NCBI GenBank assembly: GCA_050014195.1
Contig: JBEKDT010000004.1
Coordinates: forward strand, 166,473-230,472
Direction: 5' to 3'
DNA length: 64,000 nucleotides
Origin: Desulfomonilia bacterium
Lineage (GTDB): Bacteria > Desulfobacterota > Desulfomonilia > UBA1062
Shown here: in pieces, positions 31,164-42,012 of the stretch
Layout: each line of letters opens with the position of its first letter
Numbering within the stretch: position 1 is the first letter of the stretch
Made by a program: the position numbers and the translations under genes
Notes under the pieces: model-generated
The model's input: only the letters and a program-made list of their open reading frames with translations
Database searches by the model: none
Told to the model about the DNA's origin: nothing

Positions 31164-31910
31164 CTAATCCTTCCTCGCCTTGGCGGCCTCGGGGAAGTAT
31201 TCTTTAAAACACTCGGGACAGAGACCATGGCTGAACACGGCATCCGAGTGCTCCTCCAGGTAGCTCTCTATCTGGTTCCAGTATCCCTTGTCGTCCCTGA
31301 TCTTCTTGCAGGCGGCGCAGATGGGGATGAGCCCGCTTAATGTCTTGATCTGGTTCAGGGCTTCTGTTAATTCCACGTTGAGGCGCTCTTTCTCCTCTTC
31401 CATCAGCTTGAGCACCGTAATGTCCTGCAATGTCTCAACGACGCCTAAGAGCTCGCCATCCTTGTCATAGATGGGCGAAGCATCGAAGATGAGATAACGT
31501 TTTTTACCGCCCACGTTCGGGTACCAGCCTTCGGCGTGCAATCCATGGGGGATAAGCACTGAAGGTCCGTGGACTGAGTAAAGCTCGTCCATCCTTTTAA
31601 GGTCGTTATCAATGATGAGATCGGACAGGGTTGAACGCTGATTATCGTAAAAGGCCTTCCAGTGGTTGGGCGTCCCGAGAACATCGGCAGCCCTGATACC
31701 GGTGAGCTCCTCGCAAGCCCTGTTCCAATGGATTACGCAGTGTCGGGAGTCTATGGCGAAGATGCCCACCGCGCAATTCTGCACCATATTTTCATAGATC
31801 TCGATCTGGGTAACGGCATCTACATCCCTTAAGGGACCGGGCTCACCTTCATGCATCGTAGAGGCTGCATCCTTCAAGAGGCCATCAAATAATTTCGGGT
31901 CATCTCTCAT
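31164..31910 (-). CDS. PAS-domain protein with C-terminal CxxC...CxxC domain
   Basis: WNRACEELTG PAS, ETLQDIT, then IPICAACKKIRDDKGYW...SHGLCPEC. Confidence 0.88.
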   Translation of the reverse strand: MRDDPKLFDGLLKDAASTMHEGEPGPLRDVDAVTQIEIYENMVQNCAVGIFAIDSRHCVIHWNRACEELTGIRAADVLGTPNHWKAFYDNQRSTLSDLIIDNDLKRMDELYSVHGPSVLIPHGLHAEGWYPNVGGKKRYLIFDASPIYDKDGELLGVVETLQDITVLKLMEEEKERLNVELTEALNQIKTLSGLIPICAACKKIRDDKGYWNQIESYLEEHSDAVFSHGLCPECFKEYFPEAAKARKD

Positions 31911-32027
31911 TGCTTACCCATACTCGTAATAATGTTTAGGACATGGGGTTTCAAGCCCCTGTATCGGTAAAACTAGCGTAATACAATGGGTATTAAAGTC
32001 AAGGCAGACTTTATTGATGGGTGATAT

Positions 32028-33002
32028 TCAACAGGCTGCAGCGAAGATATCACATGCCTTTTTCTCATACCAGGCGGGCTTGAAGATCCCTTCCAGAAAT
32101 CCGTTGTGCCCGCCAAAGTCGTTCATGAAGAGTTTGGTGGATGGCCCCAGGACAAGACGAGAGAAATCATCGGAGGGAATAACCGGATCGTCGCGAGAGG
32201 TTATGATGGTGGCGGGAATGCTCAAAGATTTGATCGCTTCACCTGTTACGGCATAGCCCTTGAAATAGTCCTCGGTGTCTGAAAATGTACTGTATTTCTT
32301 AAGGAGGGCATCCGTAACCGCACGAATGTTCCCCAGATCCATGATTCCCCTGAAGTCATAGAGATGCGGATAGAGCCCCTGTTTAACGGCAAGCGACCTC
32401 CGCCATTTTTTCAGGAAGTACCACCTTAAAAGAAAACTGCGGTCTATGGCATCGGTGGCCCGGCTGGGATTGAGCACCGGGCTGACGGCTACGAGGTGGC
32501 GAAGGGTTTCAATCCTTTGATCGTTGCACCTTCTTCCGATTCTGAGGGCAAAATTGCCGCCGAGTGAGAAGCCTATGAGGAACGTACACGATCCCCCGGG
32601 GAGGCGGGAGGCGGTCTTAACCGCATTGAAGACCTCATCCAGCAGGATCGCATAGAACACCCCCTCGTTGAGGTGATGGGTATCCCCATGGTCTCTGAAG
32701 TTAAGGCGGAATATATTGTAGCCCTTCTCATAAAAATATCTGCCCGAATGCAGGATATAAGTCGATTCCGCGCTGCCTTCCCAGCCATGCAGCATGATTA
32801 CCAGGCCAAGGGGCTCCTTTGTGCGTTGGGGTGAAAAAAACCCCTGGAGCCGTATACCGCCGCCCGCATCGATGAGCATCTCGCGGGCGGCCTCTCTCAT
32901 CGGGTTTCTCCCCACGGCACGGATTTTCGCAGATGCGAGTATGGTCTGGGTATAGGCACTACGCAAGAATCGCGGGGGTATAAATCCGTGCTCGGTAGAC
33001 AT
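32028..33002 (-). CDS. YheT-like alpha/beta hydrolase
   Basis: HGWEG, GFSLG, DDPVI, GGHNGF. Confidence 0.9.
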   Translation of the reverse strand: MSTEHGFIPPRFLRSAYTQTILASAKIRAVGRNPMREAAREMLIDAGGGIRLQGFFSPQRTKEPLGLVIMLHGWEGSAESTYILHSGRYFYEKGYNIFRLNFRDHGDTHHLNEGVFYAILLDEVFNAVKTASRLPGGSCTFLIGFSLGGNFALRIGRRCNDQRIETLRHLVAVSPVLNPSRATDAIDRSFLLRWYFLKKWRRSLAVKQGLYPHLYDFRGIMDLGNIRAVTDALLKKYSTFSDTEDYFKGYAVTGEAIKSLSIPATIITSRDDPVIPSDDFSRLVLGPSTKLFMNDFGGHNGFLEGIFKPAWYEKKACDIFAAAC

Positions 33003-33086
33003 GCCTTCTCCTTGCCCGCAGGAACATAAAACGCCTTCGATAGTGAGGCCTCAATCCAACGACAAAAGGGCCTTGCCGCAAAGCCT

Positions 33087-33806
33087 TTACGAGACCATCA
33101 GATTAAGGGGCTCGATATAGGCCGGGTCTTCATTATCGATGGTCTCCACAATGTGCCTGTGGAGGCGCCACTTGTGTTCCTTGAAGATGGTGCGGCCTTT
33201 TGTGAATGTCCGTGCAAAGGCAAGGGCCTCTTTCATGAGTTCCTCTTCACCATCACAGGACTTGAGGACCATGCGGCACTCCTCAAGCTCCTTGCCTGAT
33301 GCCCTCTTACCCGAGTATACGAGTTCTTCGAGCTTGTAATAGGGCATGGCCTTTTTCATCATGGCGAGCATGCCGGGCAGGAAGGGGATGTTGATGTCCA
33401 CCTCGGGGAAGCAGAAATACCCTCTGTCCGACCTCATGAACCTGAAGTCACAGGTACAGACCAGGATGGCCCCGTCACCGAAGGCATGCCCGTTAATGGC
33501 GGCTATCACCGGTATGGGAATAGTCAGGATACGTTTGAAGAGCCTGTTGAGCTCATACATGAAGTCCTTGATGGCCTGAGTCTCGTTGCGGGAAACGTTG
33601 CCCATCATCCAATCAAGGTCAATGCCTAATGACCAGTTCTTCTTGTCGCTGGATGAGAGCACGATCGCCTTGATCTCCTGATCCGCCTCGATCTCGTCAA
33701 GGGCCTTGAGCAGACCGGAAGTGAATGATGGATTATGCCTGTTCTCTGTAGTATTCATGATCAGGATGGCCACGGTCCCATCCTTTTTCCATTCCACAAC
33801 GGCCAT
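33087..33806 (-). CDS. Enoyl-CoA hydratase/isomerase family protein
   Basis: GIDL, PVIAAINGHAFG, CDFR, PEV. Confidence 0.92.
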   Translation of the reverse strand: MAVVEWKKDGTVAILIMNTTENRHNPSFTSGLLKALDEIEADQEIKAIVLSSSDKKNWSLGIDLDWMMGNVSRNETQAIKDFMYELNRLFKRILTIPIPVIAAINGHAFGDGAILVCTCDFRFMRSDRGYFCFPEVDINIPFLPGMLAMMKKAMPYYKLEELVYSGKRASGKELEECRMVLKSCDGEEELMKEALAFARTFTKGRTIFKEHKWRLHRHIVETIDNEDPAYIEPLNLMVS

Positions 33807-34008
33807 TATATCCTCCTGTAGATGTGTTATCAATTCACGTATTCATACCATAGATGCCCTGAATGTGAAAAGTGTTACCCTTTTAAGCTCTGCTGAGGGG
33901 GGGTGTCATAAGTAAGTACCTGAAAACTGTCATAAGTGACTTCCGGAAAGGTTACAAAACGGGAAAATGAGAAAAAAAAAGGCCGAAAATTAAATCAAGT
34001 TTGATTAA

Positions 34009-34611
34009 CTATTTTCGTGGCGAATATTCCTCTGGTATCACGGGATGTCGTTTGTATGGTTTACAGGTATTCCCGACAATAACTAAAGCTTCAAGTGTCC
34101 CTCCCATTGCATTCTGACTTTCATAATTTCCAGCATAATAACCGGCACAGGTAATTGTATGACCTGCATTTATATTAGTGACATCTCCATTAAAAATAAA
34201 ACTGATATTTGTGGCATCCAGGGGGGCATTTCTATTCGGCGTGAGCATGGAAATTTCAGACCAATGTCCGGATAACCCGAAATCTGGAGGAAGTTCTTCA
34301 ACTCGATAGATTTTCCCACTTATCTTAAAGAGTTTTCCGAGTGATGAGTAAGGATTTTTCGTCAAAATAGCGGCAGTTATATCTTCTGCATGTTGCCAGA
34401 CTGTATCAGGTTTCTGGCTAGTGAGTTTCATGGCAGCGACAACTAAATTTCCATTTGATAATGTCATTTTATCTTTAATATTAAAGGTTTTCTGGGTGGG
34501 CTCAGAAATACTATTATTATCATCAATAATTTTTCGAGAAGATTGATCACAACCCCAAAACAGTAAAAACAAGAAAGGTACTATAATAATAAGGATAGAT
34601 TTATTGAGCAT
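34009..34611 (-). CDS. Hypothetical lipoprotein, AT-rich
   Basis: GAGG RBS, hydrophobic leader ending FWGC lipobox-like; possible OB-fold C-terminal half. Confidence 0.75.
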   Translation of the reverse strand: MLNKSILIIIVPFLFLLFWGCDQSSRKIIDDNNSISEPTQKTFNIKDKMTLSNGNLVVAAMKLTSQKPDTVWQHAEDITAAILTKNPYSSLGKLFKISGKIYRVEELPPDFGLSGHWSEISMLTPNRNAPLDATNISFIFNGDVTNINAGHTITCAGYYAGNYESQNAMGGTLEALVIVGNTCKPYKRHPVIPEEYSPRK

Positions 34612-34711
34612 GGATACCTCCTCTCACACCTTAATATATAATAACCTTCATTCTGACTTTCGGAAAGGGGAAGTAGGCTCATGAACCGTAATCCCACTCT
34701 GCACCCAGCGA

Positions 34712-35368
34712 CTATTGCCTGCTCATATCTTCAAGATAAATCTCGATCCTCTCTTTCCCCTTGCCGATGTTGTTGCGCTTGAGCCTGATCCGCCCAACCT
34801 CACCGGTTCGCCTGAGATGAGTGCCGCCGCAGGAGACCTTTGCAAAACCCTCAATCTCCCAGTACCGCTGCTCCTCTCCGCGATCGCTGTATGCACTCCT
34901 GATGGGCAGGTCTGCATCGATGATCTTCCCGGCTCTCTTCAGGAGCATCGGGAATGCATCCGAGATCCTGCCCTCCCAGAGGAAATCGAGCCTCGCCTTA
35001 TCCTCTGAAATGTTCGCCCCGATCTTCATGGGCCTGCCAAAGAGTTGATAAACAAGCTCAAGAACGATCTCTGCTGCAAAGTGGAGCCGCATGAGACAAT
35101 AGCGCCTTGTCCAATCTATCCTGATAAGCACGTCATCACCTTCTTTGAGGTCATGGGGGCCTTTCAGGGTGTAATAAATCTCAATGCCCTTCTTCTCAGC
35201 CCCGAGGACCTTCACCTCGCCGATGGTCCCTGCATCGGATTCCTGCCCACCCGAGGCAGCATAGAAAATGGTCCGGTTAAGGGTAATCGTGTCGCCTTCA
35301 ACACTTGTGACAACAGCTTGCAATTCGACCAGGTAAGGATCTTCCCAGAATATCTTGTCAACAGGCAT
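34712..35368 (-). CDS. AlaX-type alanyl-tRNA editing protein
   Basis: TIFYAASGGQESD, IDWTRRY, MRLHFAAE, CGGTH. Confidence 0.9.
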   Translation of the reverse strand: MPVDKIFWEDPYLVELQAVVTSVEGDTITLNRTIFYAASGGQESDAGTIGEVKVLGAEKKGIEIYYTLKGPHDLKEGDDVLIRIDWTRRYCLMRLHFAAEIVLELVYQLFGRPMKIGANISEDKARLDFLWEGRISDAFPMLLKRAGKIIDADLPIRSAYSDRGEEQRYWEIEGFAKVSCGGTHLRRTGEVGRIRLKRNNIGKGKERIEIYLEDMSRQ

Positions 35369-35498
35369 GATAGCTCAATAATGACAAGCCGCTATCAAAA
35401 ATGTCAAGTGAAGTCATGGAAATCAGAAAATCAACAGGTTGATGTTACGAGTTCAGACACTATTCGATAGGTACCTTTTTCTTAATCACTGATCACTG

Positions 35499-37757
35499 CT
35501 AAGCTGTTGACTTGTCTTTTTCTTTATAGGCCGGAAGCAGTATCGTGAAGATGGCACCCTTGCCGGGTTCGGTACGCAACCGGATGCTGCCGTCGAATTG
35601 TTTTACAATTGAGTATACTGAGGTGAGCCCGAGGCCGCTCCCCTTACTGTCGGCCTTTGTGGTGAAATAGGGCTCGAAGATATGGGAGGCCGTCTCCTCA
35701 TCCATGCCCATCCCCGTGTCATTCATGATCAATTGTACATACTCCCCGGATTTCAGTTCCACATACCTGCCCGTTGACTGATTATCAATGCGCACATGGG
35801 CTGTGGCAATGGTAAATGTGCCGCCCTTGGGCATTGCGTCACTGGCATTGAGCGAGAGGTTCATGACAACCTGCTCGAGCTGGCTCCTGTCACCCAGTAC
35901 AAGGCATTTCTTCTTATCGAGGATGAGCTTGAGATTGATCTTGGACCCTATCACGGGCACCAGGAGCTCCCGCATACCCTCAATCACCTCGTTGAGATCG
36001 ACAGCCGTAGGCTTGGTCGGCTGCTTTTTACTGAAGGAGAGGAGCTGTCTGATGAGTGATGATGCCGAGTTCTTGACATCCCTGATCTTTCCGATGTTCT
36101 TGGTCACGGCCTCGGCATTGCCGATCTTCAACAATACGAGTTCGGAAAAACCTTCGATTGCCGCCAGATAATTATTGAAATCATGGGCGATGCTGCCTGC
36201 AAGCCGGCCCACTGCCTCCATCTTCTGGGCGCGAAGGAGTTCACCTTCAAGGTACTTGTACTCGGTAATATCGCGGCCCAACCCCAGGATGCATTCCTGG
36301 TCTCCCAGGGTGATTGTCACGGCCGACCAGAGGACGGTCCGAAGCCTTCCGGCCTTTGTCCTGAACTTGACCTCTTCGTTTCTTACACGGCCCTGCTCTT
36401 TCAGCTTCCCGATAACCCTTTTACGGTCTTCAGGTCTTTCCCAGATCTCGATCTCCAGTGAGGTATGCCCGACCACTTCATCCCGGCTGTAACCGGACCA
36501 ATAGAGATACCCCTCGTTCACATCAATGTAGATTCCTTTATCCAATGTAGTTATGGACACCCAGTCCGGGCTTGCATGAAAGACCTTGGTAAACTTCTCC
36601 TCGCTTATCTTAAGCTCTTCCTGTGTCCGTTTATGCACAGAGATATCAACAACAAACCCTTCAAGAAAAAGAAGCCCTTCTCCAAGCGTGAACACACCGA
36701 TGCCCTGCTCCCATACCCACTTCAGCTCTGATTTTTCAGTTATAACACGATATACAAGTTGGAAATGATCCCTTTCTTCCAGGGCATTCTGGATCTGGGC
36801 CCACACCGTTTCACGGTCTTCGGGGTGGATGATCTGTCCGTATGAAACCCTTCGGTTACCGATGAGCTCGTCCTGGGTGTACCCCGTAAGCTTATAGCAA
36901 CCCTGGCTCACGGATTCCATGGTCCTTTCGGCATCGTTCCTGCAACGATAAACTATTCCGGGCAGGTTGCTGATAAGGGTGAAAAGCTCCCTTCTATGTT
37001 CCAACAGCTCTTTTTCTGCCTTTACCCGTGCAGTCTGGTCCGAGTAGACCTCGACAAGCTCTCCTGAAGGCAGCTTGTAGACAAAGCTCTCCCTCCACCC
37101 GGATATCCGCCCGTCACGATAGAAGTAAACCGGCAGATATTCGCCCGTGCCCGTCCTCCACACCCGCTGCAAGGCATCATAGAGCCCTGACTCCCGGGAT
37201 CCGGGGAAGGTCTGATGCAAGGTCGTGCCGATAACCTCGTCCTTGCTGATGCCGTCAATCTGTTCCGCAGCCTTGTTGAATTCAAGATATTCGAAGTCTT
37301 CGCCGCCATGAAGCGCCCTGAAGATCGCCACACCGTTGAGCGTATTCTCCACTATGGCACGGTAACGCGATTCAGCTAGGTGAAACGCATCCTCTTTCTT
37401 TTTTCTCTCCGTAATGTCGATGGCCATGGACAGGAGATGAGAAGCGCCTTGATATTCGATGACCTCCATATATACCAGACAATCATGGACTTTGCCCAAG
37501 GCATCCCCAAACTTAAGTTCACGGTTTCTCAGAGGGCCCTTCTCCCGGATCTCTTTGAGTATTTCAGCTCTTTGGACCTTGTTCGACCAGAAACGGTTCT
37601 CTGAGAGAGGTTTACCGATCACCTCATCTCTGCTGTAGCCGGCAAGCTTGAGAAAGGCTTCGTTCACATCCACGACAATGCCCTCTTTGATGGTTGAAAT
37701 GACCGCAGGGATTGGGTTCATGGAGAAACACAGGGAGAAGAGATCGGTTGTATCCAT
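35499..37757 (-). CDS. Multi-PAS sensor histidine kinase
   Basis: Four PAS repeats; [21 protein letters not shown]-box, NASDAM, DTGMGM, GSGLGL. Confidence 0.93.
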   Translation of the reverse strand: MDTTDLFSLCFSMNPIPAVISTIKEGIVVDVNEAFLKLAGYSRDEVIGKPLSENRFWSNKVQRAEILKEIREKGPLRNRELKFGDALGKVHDCLVYMEVIEYQGASHLLSMAIDITERKKKEDAFHLAESRYRAIVENTLNGVAIFRALHGGEDFEYLEFNKAAEQIDGISKDEVIGTTLHQTFPGSRESGLYDALQRVWRTGTGEYLPVYFYRDGRISGWRESFVYKLPSGELVEVYSDQTARVKAEKELLEHRRELFTLISNLPGIVYRCRNDAERTMESVSQGCYKLTGYTQDELIGNRRVSYGQIIHPEDRETVWAQIQNALEERDHFQLVYRVITEKSELKWVWEQGIGVFTLGEGLLFLEGFVVDISVHKRTQEELKISEEKFTKVFHASPDWVSITTLDKGIYIDVNEGYLYWSGYSRDEVVGHTSLEIEIWERPEDRKRVIGKLKEQGRVRNEEVKFRTKAGRLRTVLWSAVTITLGDQECILGLGRDITEYKYLEGELLRAQKMEAVGRLAGSIAHDFNNYLAAIEGFSELVLLKIGNAEAVTKNIGKIRDVKNSASSLIRQLLSFSKKQPTKPTAVDLNEVIEGMRELLVPVIGSKINLKLILDKKKCLVLGDRSQLEQVVMNLSLNASDAMPKGGTFTIATAHVRIDNQSTGRYVELKSGEYVQLIMNDTGMGMDEETASHIFEPYFTTKADSKGSGLGLTSVYSIVKQFDGSIRLRTEPGKGAIFTILLPAYKEKDKSTA

Positions 37758-38040
37758 ACCTCGTTCCTCATCGCGGGGCTGACACTCAGTCCGGTAAAGC
37801 ATCCTTGTGCACAGGAAGGTTCGGTCTGTATCTGATTCTGCAATACCCGGTCTAAGGGCTCATCTTTAATTCATAACCGGATATGCATATCAGTCAATAG
37901 AGATAGAAAGCTTTTTGTCGGATATGAAGCTCCGCGCACCAAACTTAAGCGGAATCATTTCATTGAAGATTGAAGATGGAGCCTTCGATGAAGCGGAGCG
38001 AACCTAAGACATTTGACCCCTGCCTGCGGGGCTCAAAGCA

Positions 38041-39099
38041 TCAGATGGTTGCAGTATGCCTCTGAATAGTATCTATCTCTATTTCACTGGTAACACGGCA
38101 CCTGCCATCTTGTTTTGACTTGTAGAGGGCCTTGTCCGCCCTCTGGACAATACTTTCCAATGATTCTCCCGCCCTGTATTGGGCTACGCCGAAAGACAGA
38201 TGTACCGGTCCGATGAATTGGTCGCTATCTTTGAATCTCCAATTCAAGCTCCTGAAATAGGTACAAATCTTCTCTGCCAGTATCATGGCGCCATTCAATG
38301 GGGTATCGGGAAGCAGGATCACAAATTCTTCACCACCATATCTGGCAACAATATCTTTCCCCTTCACGCTCTCCCTGAGCACCTTAGCAGTAATCCTGAG
38401 TATCTTGTCGCCAATAAGATGCCCATAGGTATCATTGATATTCTTGAAATGATCGATGTCGGCAAAGATCAGGCATAAATCGCTTCCGGCATCATCAGCC
38501 TGTTTGGCCTCCTCGGGGAAGACTGCGGAGAGATATCTCAGGTTCTTGATGCCGGTCAAGAGGTCGGTAGTGGCTTGTTCCCTTATCTGCTCAAGATTCC
38601 TGCTCAGTTTTTCCACTTCGTCGGTTGTTGCCTGCAGGCGGTCTTTAAGCTGCTCTCCAGACAGAACAATGGCCTTGGTTTCGGAAAGAATACCTTCGAC
38701 CACCCTGGATACTGCATCGACATCGAGATCTTCCTTGAGGTCTTGAGCGTATTTTTCGATCACTGCTCCAAAGCTTTTAGCCCGGCCCCCGGCTTCGAAG
38801 ATGTGTACCAGGATCTTATCAAGGATCTTCATGAGCTCTTTGCGTATCTTTTCAACAATCAACTTCTGGTCTATGGCAATATACTTTTCATAGAGGCTGA
38901 TGTTCAGCTCCGGGCTAATACACTGGGCTCTCGCCAGGGCATCATCGATGACAACCCTCAGCTTCTCATTCTTGCCTGAGACATACTCATACCAGACAGA
39001 ATAATTCGCCGGGTCAAAAGGTATCTGAAACCGGCCCATGTGCGATAATGCCAATCGTAGGTATTCGCTTGATTGTTCCATGGTATCCGCATAATGCAT
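38041..39099 (-). CDS. Diguanylate cyclase (GGEEF)
   Basis: DIDHFKNINDTYGH, ARYGGEEF, RADKALY. Confidence 0.93.
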   Translation of the reverse strand: MHYADTMEQSSEYLRLALSHMGRFQIPFDPANYSVWYEYVSGKNEKLRVVIDDALARAQCISPELNISLYEKYIAIDQKLIVEKIRKELMKILDKILVHIFEAGGRAKSFGAVIEKYAQDLKEDLDVDAVSRVVEGILSETKAIVLSGEQLKDRLQATTDEVEKLSRNLEQIREQATTDLLTGIKNLRYLSAVFPEEAKQADDAGSDLCLIFADIDHFKNINDTYGHLIGDKILRITAKVLRESVKGKDIVARYGGEEFVILLPDTPLNGAMILAEKICTYFRSLNWRFKDSDQFIGPVHLSFGVAQYRAGESLESIVQRADKALYKSKQDGRCRVTSEIEIDTIQRHTATI

Positions 39100-39209
39100 T
39101 TTTCTGCCCTCCGATGAGAAAACCATAAAATATCTGATATCTATCGGTAAATGAATCGCTCATCTTGAGTGAATTGAGATAAGGTAAAAATGCCTAATCT
39201 TAATTTGTG

Positions 39210-39285
39210 TGGCTGGGACGGATGGATTCGAACCACCATCAAAGAGATCCAGAATCTCGGGTCCTGCCAGTTAGACGACATCCCA
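39210..39285 (-). tRNA. trnQ: tRNA-Gln (anticodon CTG)
   Basis: Minus strand TGGGATG...CGTCCCA-GCCA acceptor stem, anticodon loop TT-CTG-GA, T-loop TTCGAAT, encoded CCA. Confidence 0.93.
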
Positions 39286-39408
39286 TCATGTATGATAATC
39301 AAGACCATCTAAAGATATAGACAATATGAGACATATATCAAGACTATTATCAGGCAATAGTTTGTAAGAACAAATCCTTATCTCTTTATTAAATGTATCC
39401 CAGGCGCA

Positions 39409-39756
39409 TCATTCCTGGCGACTCCACAACGGACATATCTGTGAGGATCCGGGCTCATAGTTTCTGCACACCCCAGGCCTCGTCTCATAGATGCTGCAGG
39501 CATAGCCGCCCTTTTCCCAAGTGAGGAAAGGGCATCCCGTCAGGGGCCTCCCATCACGGGCCGAGACGAGGTGGTCTCCGGCCCAGAATGCCTGCTCATT
39601 CTCGATGATGTGGAGGATGTCGGACCTGCCCTGGCTTATCCATCGGTCCATATCTTCCTTTGTGACATAGGCGATCATGTCGGCAAGGCAGCACGTACCG
39701 CATCTCCGGCAGGTAATGGTTTCAGGACCGTTCACTTTCAAGGTATATCGTACCAT
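39409..39756 (-). CDS. YkgJ-family Cys-cluster protein
   Basis: CRRCGTCC, CPFL, CSIYETRPGVCRNY. Confidence 0.88.
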   Translation of the reverse strand: MVRYTLKVNGPETITCRRCGTCCLADMIAYVTKEDMDRWISQGRSDILHIIENEQAFWAGDHLVSARDGRPLTGCPFLTWEKGGYACSIYETRPGVCRNYEPGSSQICPLWSRQE

Positions 39757-39789
39757 TGCTCCATGTGCAAGCAGGACGTGAAAGAACTA

Positions 39790-39882
39790 GTTTTAGGTTT
39801 TAAGTTTGAAGTTTTAAGTCGTAAATGTGTGACATTTCGCTTTTTCTTTTTCATAAAACCTAACACTTCAAACTTTAAACTT
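39790..39882. repeat. Inverted heptamer arrays
   Basis: gttttag-gttttaa-gtttgaa-gttttaa facing taaaacc-taacact-tcaaact-ttaaact. Confidence 0.7.
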
Positions 39883-40026
39883 ATCTTAGACCGATCCGCG
39901 GATCAGTTTACACTTTACATGTTCCCTCCTTTCCTTTATAGAATGAATGGTTATTCATTTCTTAAGGCGAATAGCATGCGCCGGTTCCGTATTAGGCGCT
40001 AAATCTAGTCACTAAGGGGGATTCTC

Positions 40027-41280
40027 ATGAAGGATGTAGTCATTGTTTCCGCATGCAGGACAGCTATCGGCACCTTTGGCGGGACACTGAAGGACCTGGG
40101 CGGCTGGAATATCGGCAAGGTCGCCATGAAGGGGGCCATAGACAGGGCGGGGATTGACCCTGCATTGATTGATGATGTTCGTTTCGGGTGCTGCATGGAG
40201 CCGGTGGACACATTGAACGTCACGCGTGTTGCCGCATTGCTGGCTGGCATACCCGAGACCACGACCGCCGTAACCATCAACCGGGTGTGCATCTCCGGCA
40301 TGGAGGCGGTACTCAGCGGCATGGCCATGATCCAGGCAGGCATGGCCGACATCATCCTGGCGGGCGGGGTGGAGCATATGTCCGGGACACCCTTTGTATC
40401 CCTTGATGCCCGGTGGGGATGCAGGCTGAATGACAAGGTCTTTGTCGATGCCATGACCAGAGGTCTGCACTGCGGGTCCCATGTCCAGCCGCTGGGCGAC
40501 GACAGCCCCGCAAAAGGACTCCCCCTCTTCGAGATATATAAGGGCAAACCCTACATCATGGGTCTGACAGCCGAATTCCTGGCCGATCTTTATAAAATCA
40601 CCCGGCAAGACATGGACGAGGTGGCACTCAAGAGTCACAACGGCGCCGAGCGGGCCACAAAAGAAGGCGACTTCAAGGACGAGATCGTGCCGATCGAGCT
40701 CCCCCAGAAGCGAGGCAAGCCGCCCATCATCTTTGACAAGGATGAGCACTTCAGACCGGGCCTGACCATGGACGATCTGGCCAAGCTTCCTGCGGCCTTC
40801 TTGCCCAAGGGAGGCAGGGTCACGGCGGGAAATGCATCCGGACTCAATGACGGGGCATCGGCCATGATCATCATGTCTGCAGACAAGGCCAAAGAGCTCG
40901 GAGCGAAACCCCTGGCGCGGATCGTTACCTCCTCACGGGGCGGATGCCATCCTTCGGTCATGGGCATCAGTCCGGTGCCGGCAGTGAGAAACCTGTTGAA
41001 GAACAACCCCAAGTTCACGGTGGACAGTTTCGATCTCATCGAGGTCAACGAGGCCTTTGCATCCCAGTACATCGCCTGCGAGAAAGACCTCAAGCTCAAC
41101 AGGGACAAGGTAAACGTGAACGGTTCCGGCATTGGCCTTGGCCACCCCGTGGGCAGCACCGGCGCACGTGTCATCCTCACCCTCATGTATGCCTTGAGAA
41201 AACGCGGCAAGACCCTGGGAATGGCAACGCTGTGCGGCGGCGGCGGAGTGTCCATGGCCACGGTTATCGAGATACTCTAA
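40027..41280 (+). CDS. Acetyl-CoA C-acetyltransferase (thiolase)
   Basis: INRVCISG, EVNEAFA, GHPVGSTG, LCGGGG. Confidence 0.96.
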   Translation: MKDVVIVSACRTAIGTFGGTLKDLGGWNIGKVAMKGAIDRAGIDPALIDDVRFGCCMEPVDTLNVTRVAALLAGIPETTTAVTINRVCISGMEAVLSGMAMIQAGMADIILAGGVEHMSGTPFVSLDARWGCRLNDKVFVDAMTRGLHCGSHVQPLGDDSPAKGLPLFEIYKGKPYIMGLTAEFLADLYKITRQDMDEVALKSHNGAERATKEGDFKDEIVPIELPQKRGKPPIIFDKDEHFRPGLTMDDLAKLPAAFLPKGGRVTAGNASGLNDGASAMIIMSADKAKELGAKPLARIVTSSRGGCHPSVMGISPVPAVRNLLKNNPKFTVDSFDLIEVNEAFASQYIACEKDLKLNRDKVNVNGSGIGLGHPVGSTGARVILTLMYALRKRGKTLGMATLCGGGGVSMATVIEIL

Positions 41281-41304
41281 TATTTTTGAATGAACAAAAA
41301 TGAA

Positions 41305-41364
41305 CCCCCTCTCCCCGGCCCTCTCCCCCTGTAAAAAGGGGGGAGAGGGTGTGGGTGAGGGGGC
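41305..41364. repeat. CCCCTC...GGGGAGAGGG palindrome between convergent genes
   Basis: ccccctctccccggccctctccccc...gggggagagggtgtgggtgagggg. Confidence 0.75.
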
Positions 41365-41394
41365 CTTCTGCCTATTAAGAACTACTATGTACTG

Positions 41395-41928
41395 CTAGCT
41401 CTCAATACCTTCCCGGGCATCGACACCTTTGGCATAGTAATGTTTGATCTCTTGCATCTCGGTCACCAGGTCCGCGGCTTCGATCATCCGCTCAGTGGCG
41501 CCCCTGCCGGTGAGCACGAGTTCCATGCCCTCAGGCTTGTCCTTCATGACATCGAGGACATCGTCTTCGGTGATGAGCTTGAACAGGCATGCAGTGACTA
41601 TCTCGTCTGCGATGAGGATGACGCACGCATGGGTCTGCATGAGCTCGTGCATGCGTGCAAGGGCGGAACGGGCTCTTTTGATATCCTTCGGATCAGGGGT
41701 ATCACCGAAATTGCAGAAAGTCGGGTGGCCGAATTGCTCGATGCTGACAAGCCCTCCGGTCATCTTCGCGCCGTCAAGCTCGCCGTAGTGCCGGCCCTTC
41801 ATGAACTGGACCATACAGGTCTTCAGGCCACGTCCGGCTGCGCGCAGCGCCAGACCAAGGGCAGCGCTCGTCTTGCCCTTGCCGTCTCCTGTGTAGATAT
41901 GGACGTAGCCTTTTCCGATGGTCTTCAT
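41395..41928 (-). CDS. cobO: Cob(I)alamin adenosyltransferase CobO/BtuR
   Basis: YTGDGKGKT, QFMKG, DEI, ELVLTGR, ADLVTEM. Confidence 0.94.
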   Translation of the reverse strand: MKTIGKGYVHIYTGDGKGKTSAALGLALRAAGRGLKTCMVQFMKGRHYGELDGAKMTGGLVSIEQFGHPTFCNFGDTPDPKDIKRARSALARMHELMQTHACVILIADEIVTACLFKLITEDDVLDVMKDKPEGMELVLTGRGATERMIEAADLVTEMQEIKHYYAKGVDAREGIES

Positions 41929-41950
41929 GTCTCTTCAAGTTTATGATTTT

Positions 41951-42012
41951 GTAGGAGCGGCTTTAAGCCGCGACTTTTTTTCATACATTGTCGCGCCTGA
42001 AGGCGCTCCTAC
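41951..42012. repeat. GTAG-class REP doublet overlapping the icmF stop codon
   Basis: GTAGGAGCGGCTTTAAGCCGCGA...TCGCGCCTGAAGGCGCTCCTAC. Confidence 0.85.

Noticed and set aside
39130-39410. Integrative element at tRNA-Gln
   Set aside because: No integrase nearby and no duplicate of the tRNA 3' end noticed in the window.
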